A stretch of DNA of 64,000 nucleotides from Terrimicrobiaceae bacterium (lineage in GTDB: Bacteria; Verrucomicrobiota; Verrucomicrobiia; Chthoniobacterales; Terrimicrobiaceae): positions 1 through 64,000 of the forward strand of contig JBGSVZ010000104.1 in assembly GCA_041752695.1 (NCBI GenBank), read 5' to 3'. Below are positions 9,074 through 19,487 of this stretch, in pieces; within the stretch, counting starts at the first letter, position 1; every line of letters begins with the position of its first letter. The translations under genes were made by a program, and so were the position numbers. Under the pieces are notes generated by a model that saw only the letters and a list, made by a program, of their open reading frames with translations, made no database searches and was not told where the DNA came from.

Positions 9074-10008
9074 ATCGAGTCGGGAAAGGATGTCTTGCCG
9101 TGGAGAAATTCCAGCAGGAGTTTGCTGGGCCCGTCGTCCGGCTGTCCAATGTTCAGATTGAGCGTGGTGTGGGTTTTTCCTTTCGTCAGCACCGCGGCGG
9201 CGGGGGTTCCGGCTTTCCGCAGGGCGGCGACAAAATCCCGAGAAATTGGTCCGGAAGTTTTTCGGTCCGTATAAAACACAAGAAACCTCGGCCGGGCTTT
9301 ACCCTCTTGGACATGATTGATGGGAGACGCCTCGGCCCAGACCTTGGGATTCCCACCGAAGGCGTTTCGAAAAATCACATTTTTGATCAGCCCCTCCGAA
9401 CTCGTTCCCATATGGCGCGGAATGTCATAGCCAGCGGTGTCGAGCAGGATGACGCTGTTGATCAGCGCCGGGGATTTGCCAAATTTCCCAAGGTGGCTTT
9501 CGTCCGTCGTGATCAAGGCCGCGAGGTGCGCGCCGGCGGAATGGCCCATCAGGCTCAGCCGCGCAGGATCGCCGCCATAATTCCGGATGTGATCCAGCAC
9601 CCAGGCCGTTGCGCAGGCCACATCCCCGGCGTGGACCGGATGCTTCACCGCCGGGGAGAGCCGGTAGTTCACCGCCACATAAACAAAACCCTGCGCCGTA
9701 AAAAACGCCGCCTTTTTTCGCCCCACCCCGTCGTTTGCCTTGTCGCCCGCACGCCAGCCTCCGCCATGCACCATCATCACTACCGGCCAACCGTCCGGCT
9801 TGGCCGGGCCCGCAGGCGTGTATATGTCGAGGCTGAGGAGATTAGACGCCACCCCGGGAATCCGGGCGTAGGGGATATCGCGATGCGTTTTGCCAGTGGA
9901 TTGTTCCGAAACTTTCACCGGCATGGCGCCCGGCGGCGGAGCGCCCTGGGCGAAACCTCCCTGTGCCCACGCGAGAAGTCCCGCGGAGACGGAGAATAGC
10001 TGTTTCAT
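9070..10008 (-). CDS. Secreted alpha/beta hydrolase (carboxylesterase)
   Basis: HGGGW oxyanion motif, GHSAG nucleophile, NYRLSP and a signal-peptide-like N-terminus. Confidence 0.9.
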   Translation of the reverse strand: MKQLFSVSAGLLAWAQGGFAQGAPPPGAMPVKVSEQSTGKTHRDIPYARIPGVASNLLSLDIYTPAGPAKPDGWPVVMMVHGGGWRAGDKANDGVGRKKAAFFTAQGFVYVAVNYRLSPAVKHPVHAGDVACATAWVLDHIRNYGGDPARLSLMGHSAGAHLAALITTDESHLGKFGKSPALINSVILLDTAGYDIPRHMGTSSEGLIKNVIFRNAFGGNPKVWAEASPINHVQEGKARPRFLVFYTDRKTSGPISRDFVAALRKAGTPAAAVLTKGKTHTTLNLNIGQPDDGPSKLLLEFLHGKTSFPDSI

Positions 10009-10167
10009 CACCGGCATGTCCTTGGCACGGGCGTCCCGCCACGTCAAGCGTGCGCGGGCAGCCGGGGAGTCGTTCGGCCGTTCCGAAAAGGCCTGGAAAC
10101 ATCCCTGACGGGGAAATTGCCAAGCGGCCCGTTTTCTGATTAAACGCCCTCAGGCTTGCTAACCCCC

Positions 10168-11583
10168 ATGAAAAAAATCCTGCTTCCCGGCGCGGCCCTT
10201 TTCCTCGCCTTTGCCCCCGTCCTTTTGGCGCAAACCGCCGACGATCATATTAACGACACCAGCGGCAAGTCCCGCTTCTGGGACTACTACGATCCCTATC
10301 CGTCGAACTATATCGGATCGAGGGAGTGGTGGAAGGGAGAAGCCCTGACCGGAGATTGGTGGGGCATCCGCAACATGCTTGATGACAGCGGTGTCGAAAT
10401 CTCGGCCAACTACACCAACAACATCGCCGGAAACCCGGTGGGGGGAGCTGGTCAGGGTTTTGCCTATGCCGACAACTTCGGCTTCGGTGTGGAGCTCAAC
10501 TTTGAAAAGCTCATCAACTGGCCCGGCATGACCCTCACCGTCAGCGGCCTCAACCGGGATGGCACCAGCCTATCGCAGGAATATCTCCTCAACCAATTCA
10601 CCGTCCAGCAGGTCTTTGGGGGGTCGGCGGTGATGTTCTACGCGCTGGCTTTCGATCAGAAGTTTCTGGATGACAAAGTGAGCTTGAAGTTTGGCCGTTT
10701 TGCCACCGGTGACGACTTTGCCTCGTCGCCGATCTACTGGCTTTACATGAACAACGGCATCGACGGCAACCCGCAGGCCCTGCCGGTCAACACGCAGTTC
10801 TCCGCCTATCCCTGGGCGGTCTGGGGGGCCCGGCTGCGGGTGGATCCCACGCCGGAGTTTAATGGCATGCTCGGTGTCTATCAGGTCTCCGACCGCATCT
10901 TTGTGCGTAATTATCATGGTCTCGACTGGAGCATGCGCGGTGATGATGGCGTGCAGTTTATCATGCAGCTGGGATGGACGCCGGAGCTCTTCAAGCGACC
11001 CGTGGAAGCGAATGCGACCAACGACGGCAAGACGATTGTCGACGGGAAGTCCTCCAAAAAAACCGTGGCCAAAGCTGAAATGAAAGGCTACCCCGGCCAC
11101 TATTGGTTCGGTTTGTATTATTCGCCTTGGGATTTTCCGCAGTTTGGCACGACCGAGCGCGCCAGCAATTCGTACGGCTTCTACTGGCATGCCGACCAGA
11201 TGGTTTTCCAGGAGGTGCCCGGCAGCGACCAGGGCCTGACGGCGTGGACCGCGTTCGTTCTGTCACCACAGCAAAACATCGCCAAGGTCCCCTTCCAAGT
11301 GAACGGCGGCCTGGTTTACAAAGGCCTCATCCCGACGCGTGACGATGACTACACCGGGCTTGGCGTGGTGTATGGCAAATTCAGCAGCAACTACGCGAGG
11401 AGCGTCTCGGATTCCGGCGGCGGCTATCCCGAGTACGAACTGGTCTTTGAAGCAAACTACAAAATCCAGATCAACAAATTCGCCTTTGTCCAACCCGACA
11501 TCCAGTGGGTGATCAACCCCGGCGGAACCGGCAACATCCCAAACGCTCTCGTTCTCGGGGCGCAGATGGGCGTGACATTCTAA
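10168..11583 (+). CDS. Carbohydrate-selective porin, OprB family
   Basis: Signal peptide, LTGDWWGIR N-terminal motif, QPDIQWVINPGG and C-terminal Phe. Confidence 0.92.
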   Translation: MKKILLPGAALFLAFAPVLLAQTADDHINDTSGKSRFWDYYDPYPSNYIGSREWWKGEALTGDWWGIRNMLDDSGVEISANYTNNIAGNPVGGAGQGFAYADNFGFGVELNFEKLINWPGMTLTVSGLNRDGTSLSQEYLLNQFTVQQVFGGSAVMFYALAFDQKFLDDKVSLKFGRFATGDDFASSPIYWLYMNNGIDGNPQALPVNTQFSAYPWAVWGARLRVDPTPEFNGMLGVYQVSDRIFVRNYHGLDWSMRGDDGVQFIMQLGWTPELFKRPVEANATNDGKTIVDGKSSKKTVAKAEMKGYPGHYWFGLYYSPWDFPQFGTTERASNSYGFYWHADQMVFQEVPGSDQGLTAWTAFVLSPQQNIAKVPFQVNGGLVYKGLIPTRDDDYTGLGVVYGKFSSNYARSVSDSGGGYPEYELVFEANYKIQINKFAFVQPDIQWVINPGGTGNIPNALVLGAQMGVTF

Positions 11584-11653
11584 GATCGGAGTTCGGAGTT
11601 GCCCCGCGTCCCCACCCTTGCCTCCTCGCGCAACCTGTGGAAAGGTACGCGCC

Positions 11654-12760
11654 ATGGGAAAGTTCCTCCTTGGGATGGCATTTGCGCTCTGGGTCGTGAC
11701 GACGCAGGCCATTGCCTTTGACTGGGGAGTGGAGCGGATCGAAGGGCGCGATTATTCGAGCCTGAGGAAAGTCGCGGAGTTTTATGAACTGCCGGTGGAT
11801 TTTGTACCGTCTGGCAACTCGGTCTATCTGAACCGGGGACGTCGCAGCCTGAGGGCCACGCGGGACAGTCGTGAGTTCGAGGTCAATGGCATCAAACACG
11901 TGCTTTCTTTTCCGGTCGTTGAGCGGAATGGCGACTGGTGGATTTCGCGAATGGACCTGGGCAAAACGATTGAGCCCGCTTTCCGTCCGGAACGTGTGCC
12001 GGACATTAAACCCTTCACCACCGTGATCCTGGATCCCGGCCATGGCGGTCACGACATGGGGGCGATGAGCACATACGCCGGGGAAAAAAACTTCAACCTC
12101 GATGTCGCCCGCCGCGTACGGAATGAACTCCAGAAGGCCGGAGTGCGCGTGATGATGACCCGCAACAGCGACGCCTTCGTGGATCTTCACGAACGGGCCG
12201 CACTCGCCAACGCCCGGCAGAATGCCATCTTTGTCAGTCTCCACTTTAATGCCTCGGCCAACCGCGCTGCCGAGGGGCTGGAAATTTTCTGCGTCACTCC
12301 GCGCGGATCACCTTCCACCGAATACGATGACCTGCTCGTCCGTGACATGGTGCAGGAATACGGCAACCAATTTGAAGTCCCGAGCTTTTCCCTGGCCAAT
12401 GCCATTTACCACTCCCTGCATGGATCCCTCAGGATGACCGACCGCGGCGTGAAGCGGGCGCGGTTTGCTGTTCTGCGCCTGACGAAAATGCCGTCTGTCC
12501 TGGTGGAAGGCGGATTTCTTTCCAGCCCGAACGACGCCCGCTTGGTGGCGAACACGGATTGGCGCAACACCTACGCCCGGGCGATCGCCACCGGTATCCT
12601 CGAATACCGCAGACTTGCGGAAAACAAAATCGCCCCCCGTATTGTCTCGGACTACCGCAGCCCTTCCGCCACCGCTCCCGCCATCGCCGCTCTGCCTACG
12701 CCAACCCCAAAACCCAGCACTCTCACCCTGCGTGATCTTCCTGCTGAGGTTTCCAATTAG
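11654..12760 (+). CDS. N-acetylmuramoyl-L-alanine amidase (Amidase_3)
   Basis: ILDPGHGG, EK..NL, FVSLHFN and VLVEGGF zinc/catalytic motifs. Confidence 0.95.
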   Translation: MGKFLLGMAFALWVVTTQAIAFDWGVERIEGRDYSSLRKVAEFYELPVDFVPSGNSVYLNRGRRSLRATRDSREFEVNGIKHVLSFPVVERNGDWWISRMDLGKTIEPAFRPERVPDIKPFTTVILDPGHGGHDMGAMSTYAGEKNFNLDVARRVRNELQKAGVRVMMTRNSDAFVDLHERAALANARQNAIFVSLHFNASANRAAEGLEIFCVTPRGSPSTEYDDLLVRDMVQEYGNQFEVPSFSLANAIYHSLHGSLRMTDRGVKRARFAVLRLTKMPSVLVEGGFLSSPNDARLVANTDWRNTYARAIATGILEYRRLAENKIAPRIVSDYRSPSATAPAIAALPTPTPKPSTLTLRDLPAEVSN

Positions 12761-12822
12761 CAAGCGCCCCTGTTGCTGGCTTGCGCAGCGGCACGCGAGT
12801 GGGAACACTTCCGTGCATCCCC

Positions 12823-13527
12823 ATGAAATTTCTCCTCCCTGCCTTGATGCTAACCGCCGTCTCCCTCGCCCGGGCCGAATCCCCGGATTCCCTCGCGGGA
12901 TTTTTCCAGAAGCTCAAAGCCGGCGAAAAACAAACCGTCGTCACTTACGGCACCAGCCTCACCGCAGCCGGCGCCTGGGTCCCGCTGATGCAGCAGTGGT
13001 TCGACGGAAAATTTCCCGGTCAGGTCACGATCATCAACAGCGGCGGGCCCGGCCAGCACTCGGACTGGGGTGCCGCTCAGGTGGAAAGCAAGGTTCTCGC
13101 CCACGCGCCCAACCTGGTCTTTGTGGAGTTTTCGTATAACGACGCGCATCTGCGTTTTCAACTCACACCGGAACATTGCCGAAAGAATTTGGAAACCATC
13201 CTGGAAAAAATCCAGACTAAGGACCCGGCCACCGCCATCGTTTTACAAACGATGAATGCCCCCTGGGATCCCCCGGAAGGCAAGGGCATGCAGGACAGCG
13301 CGACGAATCGCCCGGCGCTGGAAGCTTTCAACGACAACTACCGCGCCGTCGCCAAGGCGCAAAACCTCCCCCTGGTGGACAACTACCCCGACTGGGTGGC
13401 CATCAAGGAGACCGATTTTCCCCGCTATCAGACCCTCGTCCCCGACGGCTCTCATCCCAACAAGTTCGGCAGCACGGAAGTCACTTGGAAAAATGTGCAA
13501 GCTCTGCTGGAGAAGGCCTCCAGGTAG
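12823..13527 (+). CDS. SGNH/GDSL hydrolase family protein
   Basis: YGTSLT, EFSYND and DGSHP motifs with a signal peptide. Confidence 0.88.
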   Translation: MKFLLPALMLTAVSLARAESPDSLAGFFQKLKAGEKQTVVTYGTSLTAAGAWVPLMQQWFDGKFPGQVTIINSGGPGQHSDWGAAQVESKVLAHAPNLVFVEFSYNDAHLRFQLTPEHCRKNLETILEKIQTKDPATAIVLQTMNAPWDPPEGKGMQDSATNRPALEAFNDNYRAVAKAQNLPLVDNYPDWVAIKETDFPRYQTLVPDGSHPNKFGSTEVTWKNVQALLEKASR

Positions 13528-13535
13528 CGGCGGAA

Positions 13536-14492
13536 CTATCTCCAATCAAAGACCGCGGTCGGTGTCGGCAGGCTTTGATCCAGCAGACGGGAATAAACTT
13601 CCTGGGCCTGCTCGGGAGCGTAGAGACCGGCCAAGCCCGCCACTTTCAATCGGCCCTCCACCAGCCAGCCCAGGGCGGCGCTAAGATTTTCCATGATGGA
13701 ATTCATGGCAAAATCCCGCGGTTGCAGCGGGATCTGCCATTCCCAACCGCTACGCACGGACACGTAACGGTGAAAAATTTCACGCAGCAATTCAAACAAA
13801 AAGGTCTCCGTTTTGCGCCGCCAGGGAACACCAACCAGAAAGATCTCCCCGCCTTGGCGGACGCACCGGCATCCATCCAACACGGCCTGCTCGTGACCAC
13901 TGCATTCCACCTGGAGGTGAACGCGATCCCTTAGTGTTTCCCCATCCACCTCGCCGCGCACGTCCCGCAGTCCCACGGCCCGTGCCGTCTGCCGCCGGGA
14001 AGCACTGGGATCCGCCGCAATCACCTCATAGCCAGCCAACGCAAATATCTGACCCGCCAGAATCCCCACCGGCCCCAGTCCTGTGATCAACACTGTGGCG
14101 GGCGGTCGCACGACTGTGGCGTTGAGGGAACTCATGCTGACGCCTGCCAGACGGGCGAAAACGGCGACCTCCGGCGGCAATTCCGTCGGAAGCTTGATCA
14201 CCGTTCCCTTGCTTGCCTGTTGGCGCGCGGTGTGGTTTCCAGAGCCAAACACGATGTCGCCGATCCTAAGGTCGAGAACCTCTGAACCGGCTTCTTCGAT
14301 TTGAAAAACGCTGGCGTAACCGGGATGATTGGGAAAATCGGAGCCGAGATACCCCGAGTTTAATTCCGTGCCGGGGCTTACCAGCGAGACGAGCGTACGC
14401 CCTCGAAGCTCATCCGGCTTCAGGGGGCCGTCAAAGTCCGGCGAGTCGATCACTACGGCCATCTTATGCGCGATAAAAGCGATGCGCTTCAT
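13536..14492 (-). CDS. MDR-superfamily (zinc-binding type) dehydrogenase
   Basis: SPGTE, PGY and the GLGPVG Rossmann motif. Confidence 0.85.
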   Translation of the reverse strand: MKRIAFIAHKMAVVIDSPDFDGPLKPDELRGRTLVSLVSPGTELNSGYLGSDFPNHPGYASVFQIEEAGSEVLDLRIGDIVFGSGNHTARQQASKGTVIKLPTELPPEVAVFARLAGVSMSSLNATVVRPPATVLITGLGPVGILAGQIFALAGYEVIAADPSASRRQTARAVGLRDVRGEVDGETLRDRVHLQVECSGHEQAVLDGCRCVRQGGEIFLVGVPWRRKTETFLFELLREIFHRYVSVRSGWEWQIPLQPRDFAMNSIMENLSAALGWLVEGRLKVAGLAGLYAPEQAQEVYSRLLDQSLPTPTAVFDWR

Positions 14493-15307
14493 TTCATCAT
14501 TCCCCGGATGTAGTTTGCCGCTGCGGTGTATTCCGCCTCGGTCTCGAGATGTTCCAATCCCAGCGGAATGTCAGGGTCGAGCATCGCCAGCTCATCGAGA
14601 AAAACGCGATAGTCGAGCGTGCCCAGTCCCGGCCGACATTCGTCGAGATGCACGGTCAGATTTTCCCGCAGGATGATATCCTTCGCGTGACAGCTCCGGA
14701 TGTAGGGACCGAGCTTGGCGAAACAATCGCGAATAAATTCCCCCGAGCGATAGGCCCGTGCGGGGCAGTTGATCATGTTTACTGGGTCCAGATGCACCCC
14801 GAATCCCTCACGATCGATGGCCTTGATCAACGCCAGATATTCTTCCGGTGAGGAGGGAAAGATCCACGGCATGGTTTCGAGGGTGTAGAAACTGCGCCGG
14901 GGGTTCACTGCATCGATAATCGCTCGGGTGGTCTGTACGATAAGGTCAAATGTGTCCTCTGTGAAATTATCCGGATGGGGACCGTCCCATTTTTGTGGGT
15001 TGCGCGACCCCGCGATGTTCACACAGCAGCGGGCACCGGTCTTTTCCGCCCACGCCAGACTTCGCTGACAATGTTCGATGGCGTTCTTCGCCCTCTCCGG
15101 GTCGGGATCGATGGGATTCGACCACGCTCCGACCTCGGCCACGACGATATTGGCGGCCTGGGCCGCCTCAAGATAGGCCTGAACGGTTTGTTCATCCGCC
15201 GTCATTTCCAACGGAAGATTTGCCGCCGCGTAGCCAGCGTTTTTCACCGCCGCCACCCAGGAAGCCGGGTCAGGAGCTGAAGCAAAAATGGGACCGCAAA
15301 GTCGCAT
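14489..15307 (-). CDS. Sugar phosphate isomerase/epimerase (TIM barrel)
   Basis: LETMP, HLDPVN, HAKD and LEH metal-ligand pattern. Confidence 0.9.
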   Translation of the reverse strand: MRLCGPIFASAPDPASWVAAVKNAGYAAANLPLEMTADEQTVQAYLEAAQAANIVVAEVGAWSNPIDPDPERAKNAIEHCQRSLAWAEKTGARCCVNIAGSRNPQKWDGPHPDNFTEDTFDLIVQTTRAIIDAVNPRRSFYTLETMPWIFPSSPEEYLALIKAIDREGFGVHLDPVNMINCPARAYRSGEFIRDCFAKLGPYIRSCHAKDIILRENLTVHLDECRPGLGTLDYRVFLDELAMLDPDIPLGLEHLETEAEYTAAANYIRGMMK

Positions 15308-15392
15308 ATCTCTGAGTCTATTGAAGGTTCATCAGAAAGCACGCTGCTTGCTTTATCTCCTCCAATACTAAACATATCCAGAACTCCCCAGT

Positions 15393-16220
15393 ATGGCACT
15401 GCCCCCCATCGCTCCCGAAGTTTTGCGGATCACGTTCTTCCAATCGGGAGGAAGCAAACTTTTCACTCCGGGTTGGGTGCACGAGAAGACCGTCCCCTAC
15501 ATCATCTTGGCTCAGTCGATTCACGGTGAATACGAAACCGCCTTTTCCCGCCGCTCTGTCCGAGTGAAAGCGCCCGGAGCTTTTTTGGCTCCTCCCAACA
15601 CTCCGCTATGCATCACCCATCATGGCGACCGGCGGGGCCGTTTTCACGCCCGCTGGATCCATCTTTCCTGCACCGTGTTTCACTCCATCGATCTTGCGGA
15701 CCTCCTGACCCTTCCCCGGCAGGTCGCAGGGGCGGCGGCACGATCTCTGAACGAGATCTTCGACGCTCTCCAGATCCCTCCTCACTCTCTGGGCGACGCC
15801 GCTTCGCGCCAGGAAAAGGCGTGGCAGACCGTGCGGTTCCTCTGTGAAATCTCCCGACTCCGGCCGGGTGCGGCCGAACTGCTGGCCGCGGGCGAACTCC
15901 TCCAGCCCATGCTGTCGAATTTGCGCGCCAATTTGACTGACGATATCACCGTCGCGGACATGGCCCGCCTGGCCGGAATGTCCGTCTCCAGGCTTTTTGC
16001 GTTCTTCCAGAAGCGCCTCGGATGCTCCCCACAATCCTATCTCAAACGACTGCGTCTCGAAGCGGCTGCCGCCCTGCTCGTTTCCGGCGATGCCCCTCTG
16101 AAAGAAATCGCGGCGCACACCGGTTTCGCGAACCCGTTTCACCTCAGCCGCGAATTCACCAGGCGCTTCGGCGCGAGTCCGAAAGTCTTCCGCAGGCTAA
16201 ACGTTCAGACCTCTGTCTAA
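15393..16220 (+). CDS. AraC family transcriptional regulator
   Basis: C-terminal double HTH (IAAHTGF....HLSREF.R.FG.SP). Confidence 0.93.
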   Translation: MALPPIAPEVLRITFFQSGGSKLFTPGWVHEKTVPYIILAQSIHGEYETAFSRRSVRVKAPGAFLAPPNTPLCITHHGDRRGRFHARWIHLSCTVFHSIDLADLLTLPRQVAGAAARSLNEIFDALQIPPHSLGDAASRQEKAWQTVRFLCEISRLRPGAAELLAAGELLQPMLSNLRANLTDDITVADMARLAGMSVSRLFAFFQKRLGCSPQSYLKRLRLEAAAALLVSGDAPLKEIAAHTGFANPFHLSREFTRRFGASPKVFRRLNVQTSV

Positions 16221-17249
16221 ACCAAGCATCACCTCGGCTATGCCGGTGCTATTTCCCTCCGCCGTGACGATGCCAAACTGGCCCTTGTAGTCCCAGTTGG
16301 CCCAGCCGATGTCCTGTTCCTCGAAGGCGGAAATGATGTCCCGGTACCACGCAGAGCGCGTGGGCAGGTCAACTTTGTCGATCACGCCGAATTCTCCGCA
16401 GTAGAGGGGCCTCCCCGTCCTTGCAGAAACGGCCAGAGGTTGGACTAAGTCGGCGAGCATGACGTCGCGGTCATAAGGTCGATTGAGCTCCGCGAGATTT
16501 AACGCGCGGAGACGGTCGGCTTCGGGTTGGATGACGCGGTGCAGATTCTCCGGGGCGATGGGGGCACCCGGATATTGAATCGGGCCGTCGTACATCCGTC
16601 CCTCCAGACTCCAGCCAGCGCGATGATGGGTAACAAACATTGGATGATAATAGTGAAAAGTCAGCACCGTATGCGCGTCGTCCGGCACCCGAAGCCGGTC
16701 AAAGGTGAAGACGGAGTTCCATTCATTGGAACCCAGCACAATCGTCCGGCCCGGTTCCCTCTCCCGCACGGCGCGGTGGGCGCGGAGCGCCACCCGGTTC
16801 CAGTCTTCCGGGTTTTTCGCCACCGCCTCGTTCATTAACTCGTACCCAACGCGATCCAACGCGCGGCCGTGCATCCGATCCGAGAGCTGCAGCCAAAGGT
16901 CCGCCAACTTGCTCTCTTCCGCGGGATTGGCAAAGAGGGAGGGTTCATCGGCCTGGCCGAAAGAATGGGAACGAAGGACGTGAAGGTCCACCACGACGGC
17001 GAGTCCGGCCTGCTCCGCCCAATCGATGGCCGCGTCCATCAGGTCGAAAGCCTCAGGTTCCTGAGCGCCGTTTTCCGCCCACATTTGCTCCTCGTCGATG
17101 GGAAGACGGATGTGGTCGAAACCAAAGTCCGCGATACGGGATATATCGTCCCTGGTAAACCACGCGCGTCGCTCGGCCCCGCGTCGGTTGCTTTGGCTGA
17201 GCCAGTGGGAAATATTGGTGCCGCGTGTTAGGGATGGAAGGATTTTCAT
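16197..17249 (-). CDS. Glycoside hydrolase family 5
   Basis: HIRLP, YELMNE acid/base, FHYY and YCGEFG nucleophile; no signal peptide. Confidence 0.92.
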   Translation of the reverse strand: MKILPSLTRGTNISHWLSQSNRRGAERRAWFTRDDISRIADFGFDHIRLPIDEEQMWAENGAQEPEAFDLMDAAIDWAEQAGLAVVVDLHVLRSHSFGQADEPSLFANPAEESKLADLWLQLSDRMHGRALDRVGYELMNEAVAKNPEDWNRVALRAHRAVREREPGRTIVLGSNEWNSVFTFDRLRVPDDAHTVLTFHYYHPMFVTHHRAGWSLEGRMYDGPIQYPGAPIAPENLHRVIQPEADRLRALNLAELNRPYDRDVMLADLVQPLAVSARTGRPLYCGEFGVIDKVDLPTRSAWYRDIISAFEEQDIGWANWDYKGQFGIVTAEGNSTGIAEVMLGLDRGLNV

Positions 17250-19330
17250 TTTTCGAAACGAAGGGGATACATTTTTGCGTGAATTTCCCGGGCCGCTTCG
17301 ATCAGCTCCGGGTATGGGGTATCGGTGATGGAAACAAAGCCCACGTTGCCATTCTCTCCATCACCGGCACGTCCGGAGGTCGGTTGGTCGGTGTATTGAA
17401 ACCAATGAGCACCGATGAATTTTGGATGGGTCAGCACGCTCTTGAGGTAATTTTGATACGCCTTGGCCCGTCCCTGTTGGTCGGCCACGCCAATCAAACC
17501 GATGTCGAAGGCCCCGCGATCAACCGCTCCGAAATGAAATTCGCCAATGATCACCGGCTTGTCCCACGGATCGAGGACGGCCCATTCTTTGGTCTCAATC
17601 CCCAGGCGATAGATGTTGAACGAAAACACATCGCTGTATTTGGCCGCGGCTTCGAGAACCTCCGGGGAATAGCCGGCAAACCGACAGCCCAAATACAAAT
17701 GGTTGGGGTCGACTTTGCGAATTTCCTCCTGCACGACGCGGAAATACTGGTTGGCGAGACTTTTTAACAGGATCGAGAGATCTTCCAAGAGCCCGGGGCT
17801 CAGAGGATCCAGGAATGTGAGGGGGGCATTCAAGTCGCTCCAGTTCGCATAGGACGTGCCCCAGGCGGCATTGAGGCCGGCGATGTCAGGGTATTTGTTT
17901 TGCAGGTGTTCCAGAAATGCGCGTTTGGCCGGGGAGGCCTCGGGAGTTTTGTTGAGGGCACTTAGGACGAGGCCAAAGTGCGAGCGTGGTCCGTGACGGA
18001 AGTGTCCCCAGTCTTCTTCATTACCCACAAAATACCCGATGCAATACGGATCGTCCCTGACCCGCAATGCCTGCGCCTTCAGCGCCCCGGCCACATCCGC
18101 TGCAAATTGCGGATCGAACGGATCGTGCATGGATCGGACCTGCTCCTTGCCGGTGGAAAGCCTGGCATGTTTGCCACCCGGCCAGATCGTGACTGTATAG
18201 GGGACTTTCCCATTTTGCAGAGTGTCCCAACTTGAGAAAGCGCCGATGGTGTTGAAGCCCCAGGAGGTTAACCGGTCGTAGGTGCGATCATACCAGATTT
18301 TTTTAAAGTCTTCGCCGTATTTGCGGTGCAGGTTAGCCGCCAGAAAATCGAGGCCGTCCTGCTTTTCGCCCGTTTGAAACTTCGCCAGGTGCGCATCGTT
18401 TTCTGGAAGGGCGCTGAAAATATCCTCGCGTCCGGTCACCGGCGTGGACTGCCCCGCGCTTACGGTGGTGGGGCCAAAGGAAAGGAACACCCGGCCCTCC
18501 GGATCGACGAACGTCCATTTTCCTTGATATTTTTCCACCCGAAAAAATCCCGTCGCTTTCAACTGGGGCCCAATGGCCCAGCCCCCGTATTTGTCACGGT
18601 CCGGCAACGTTTGGTGCGCCGCAAGATCCTTGTCCTCCGCCGCCAACTGAGCTGTAAAGTCCTCCGGGCCCTGGACTTTCCCGGGCCAGTTGCTCCGCGT
18701 GTATTGGCCGTAGCCATCAATGATTTTGCGGAAGTCCTGCTTTCGTCCCGGCAGCAAACGCACGTTGTCCACGATGATCCGCTGGGGACTCTGCGGACGG
18801 GTCACGAAGATTTGCCACAAGACGATATGCCCCAGATCGAATGGCCCGGACCCTAAGGTACCCAGGCTCCGAAACTCCCCAAAGCCGGGCAGGGCTTTCA
18901 TTTTTAAAGACGCGGGATCGACGCCGAACGGCAGAACAAAGGTGGCCCGTTGCCCGCCATCGAGGGATCCCTTGCCGGAACGCGAGTGCTGCCCGTTGCC
19001 ATCGACTTCGGCGGAACTGTCGATCCGGACGGCGAAGGCGACGGTTTCTTCACCAGGATTGAAGGCGTCAAAGGCCAGACCACCATACCCCCGAAAATCC
19101 CCGGCGGGCTCCTGGGGGAAGCGGGCGTTCGGATAAGCCGCCGGCGGGAGAAAGGTCACCTGAAGCGCCTTGGTGCCATCGGACGCGCCCTCCGTGCCCA
19201 CCACGGCCTCCGCCGAACTGGTGTGAGGGAGCGCCTCCGATTCGAAACTCTCGAGCGGGTGCGGATCGGTTTTAAGAACCTCTCCGAGGGAGAGGCTGGC
19301 GGGCAGGAGAAGGAGGGCAAGGAGGCGCAT
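17246..19330 (-). CDS. GH50 beta-agarase-like glycoside hydrolase
   Basis: Signal peptide, CBM-like N-terminus, ATGFFRVEK..GKW, WGFNT, YFVGNE, IIGEFHFGA and GAHWFQY.DQP. Confidence 0.88.
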   Translation of the reverse strand: MRLLALLLLPASLSLGEVLKTDPHPLESFESEALPHTSSAEAVVGTEGASDGTKALQVTFLPPAAYPNARFPQEPAGDFRGYGGLAFDAFNPGEETVAFAVRIDSSAEVDGNGQHSRSGKGSLDGGQRATFVLPFGVDPASLKMKALPGFGEFRSLGTLGSGPFDLGHIVLWQIFVTRPQSPQRIIVDNVRLLPGRKQDFRKIIDGYGQYTRSNWPGKVQGPEDFTAQLAAEDKDLAAHQTLPDRDKYGGWAIGPQLKATGFFRVEKYQGKWTFVDPEGRVFLSFGPTTVSAGQSTPVTGREDIFSALPENDAHLAKFQTGEKQDGLDFLAANLHRKYGEDFKKIWYDRTYDRLTSWGFNTIGAFSSWDTLQNGKVPYTVTIWPGGKHARLSTGKEQVRSMHDPFDPQFAADVAGALKAQALRVRDDPYCIGYFVGNEEDWGHFRHGPRSHFGLVLSALNKTPEASPAKRAFLEHLQNKYPDIAGLNAAWGTSYANWSDLNAPLTFLDPLSPGLLEDLSILLKSLANQYFRVVQEEIRKVDPNHLYLGCRFAGYSPEVLEAAAKYSDVFSFNIYRLGIETKEWAVLDPWDKPVIIGEFHFGAVDRGAFDIGLIGVADQQGRAKAYQNYLKSVLTHPKFIGAHWFQYTDQPTSGRAGDGENGNVGFVSITDTPYPELIEAAREIHAKMYPLRFEK

Positions 19331-19487
19331 GGCGGGGAAACAGGAGCATGCCCGGGATGCTGGAAAAGGGGTGAGCCCGAAACCGATTTTGCTTTTGTCG
19401 TTTGCTGACTCCGGTCAGGCATCGACACACGTTGGGACAGAAGGGGGCTCACCCGCGGAGGGATTCACGCGATACTCTTCGAATCTC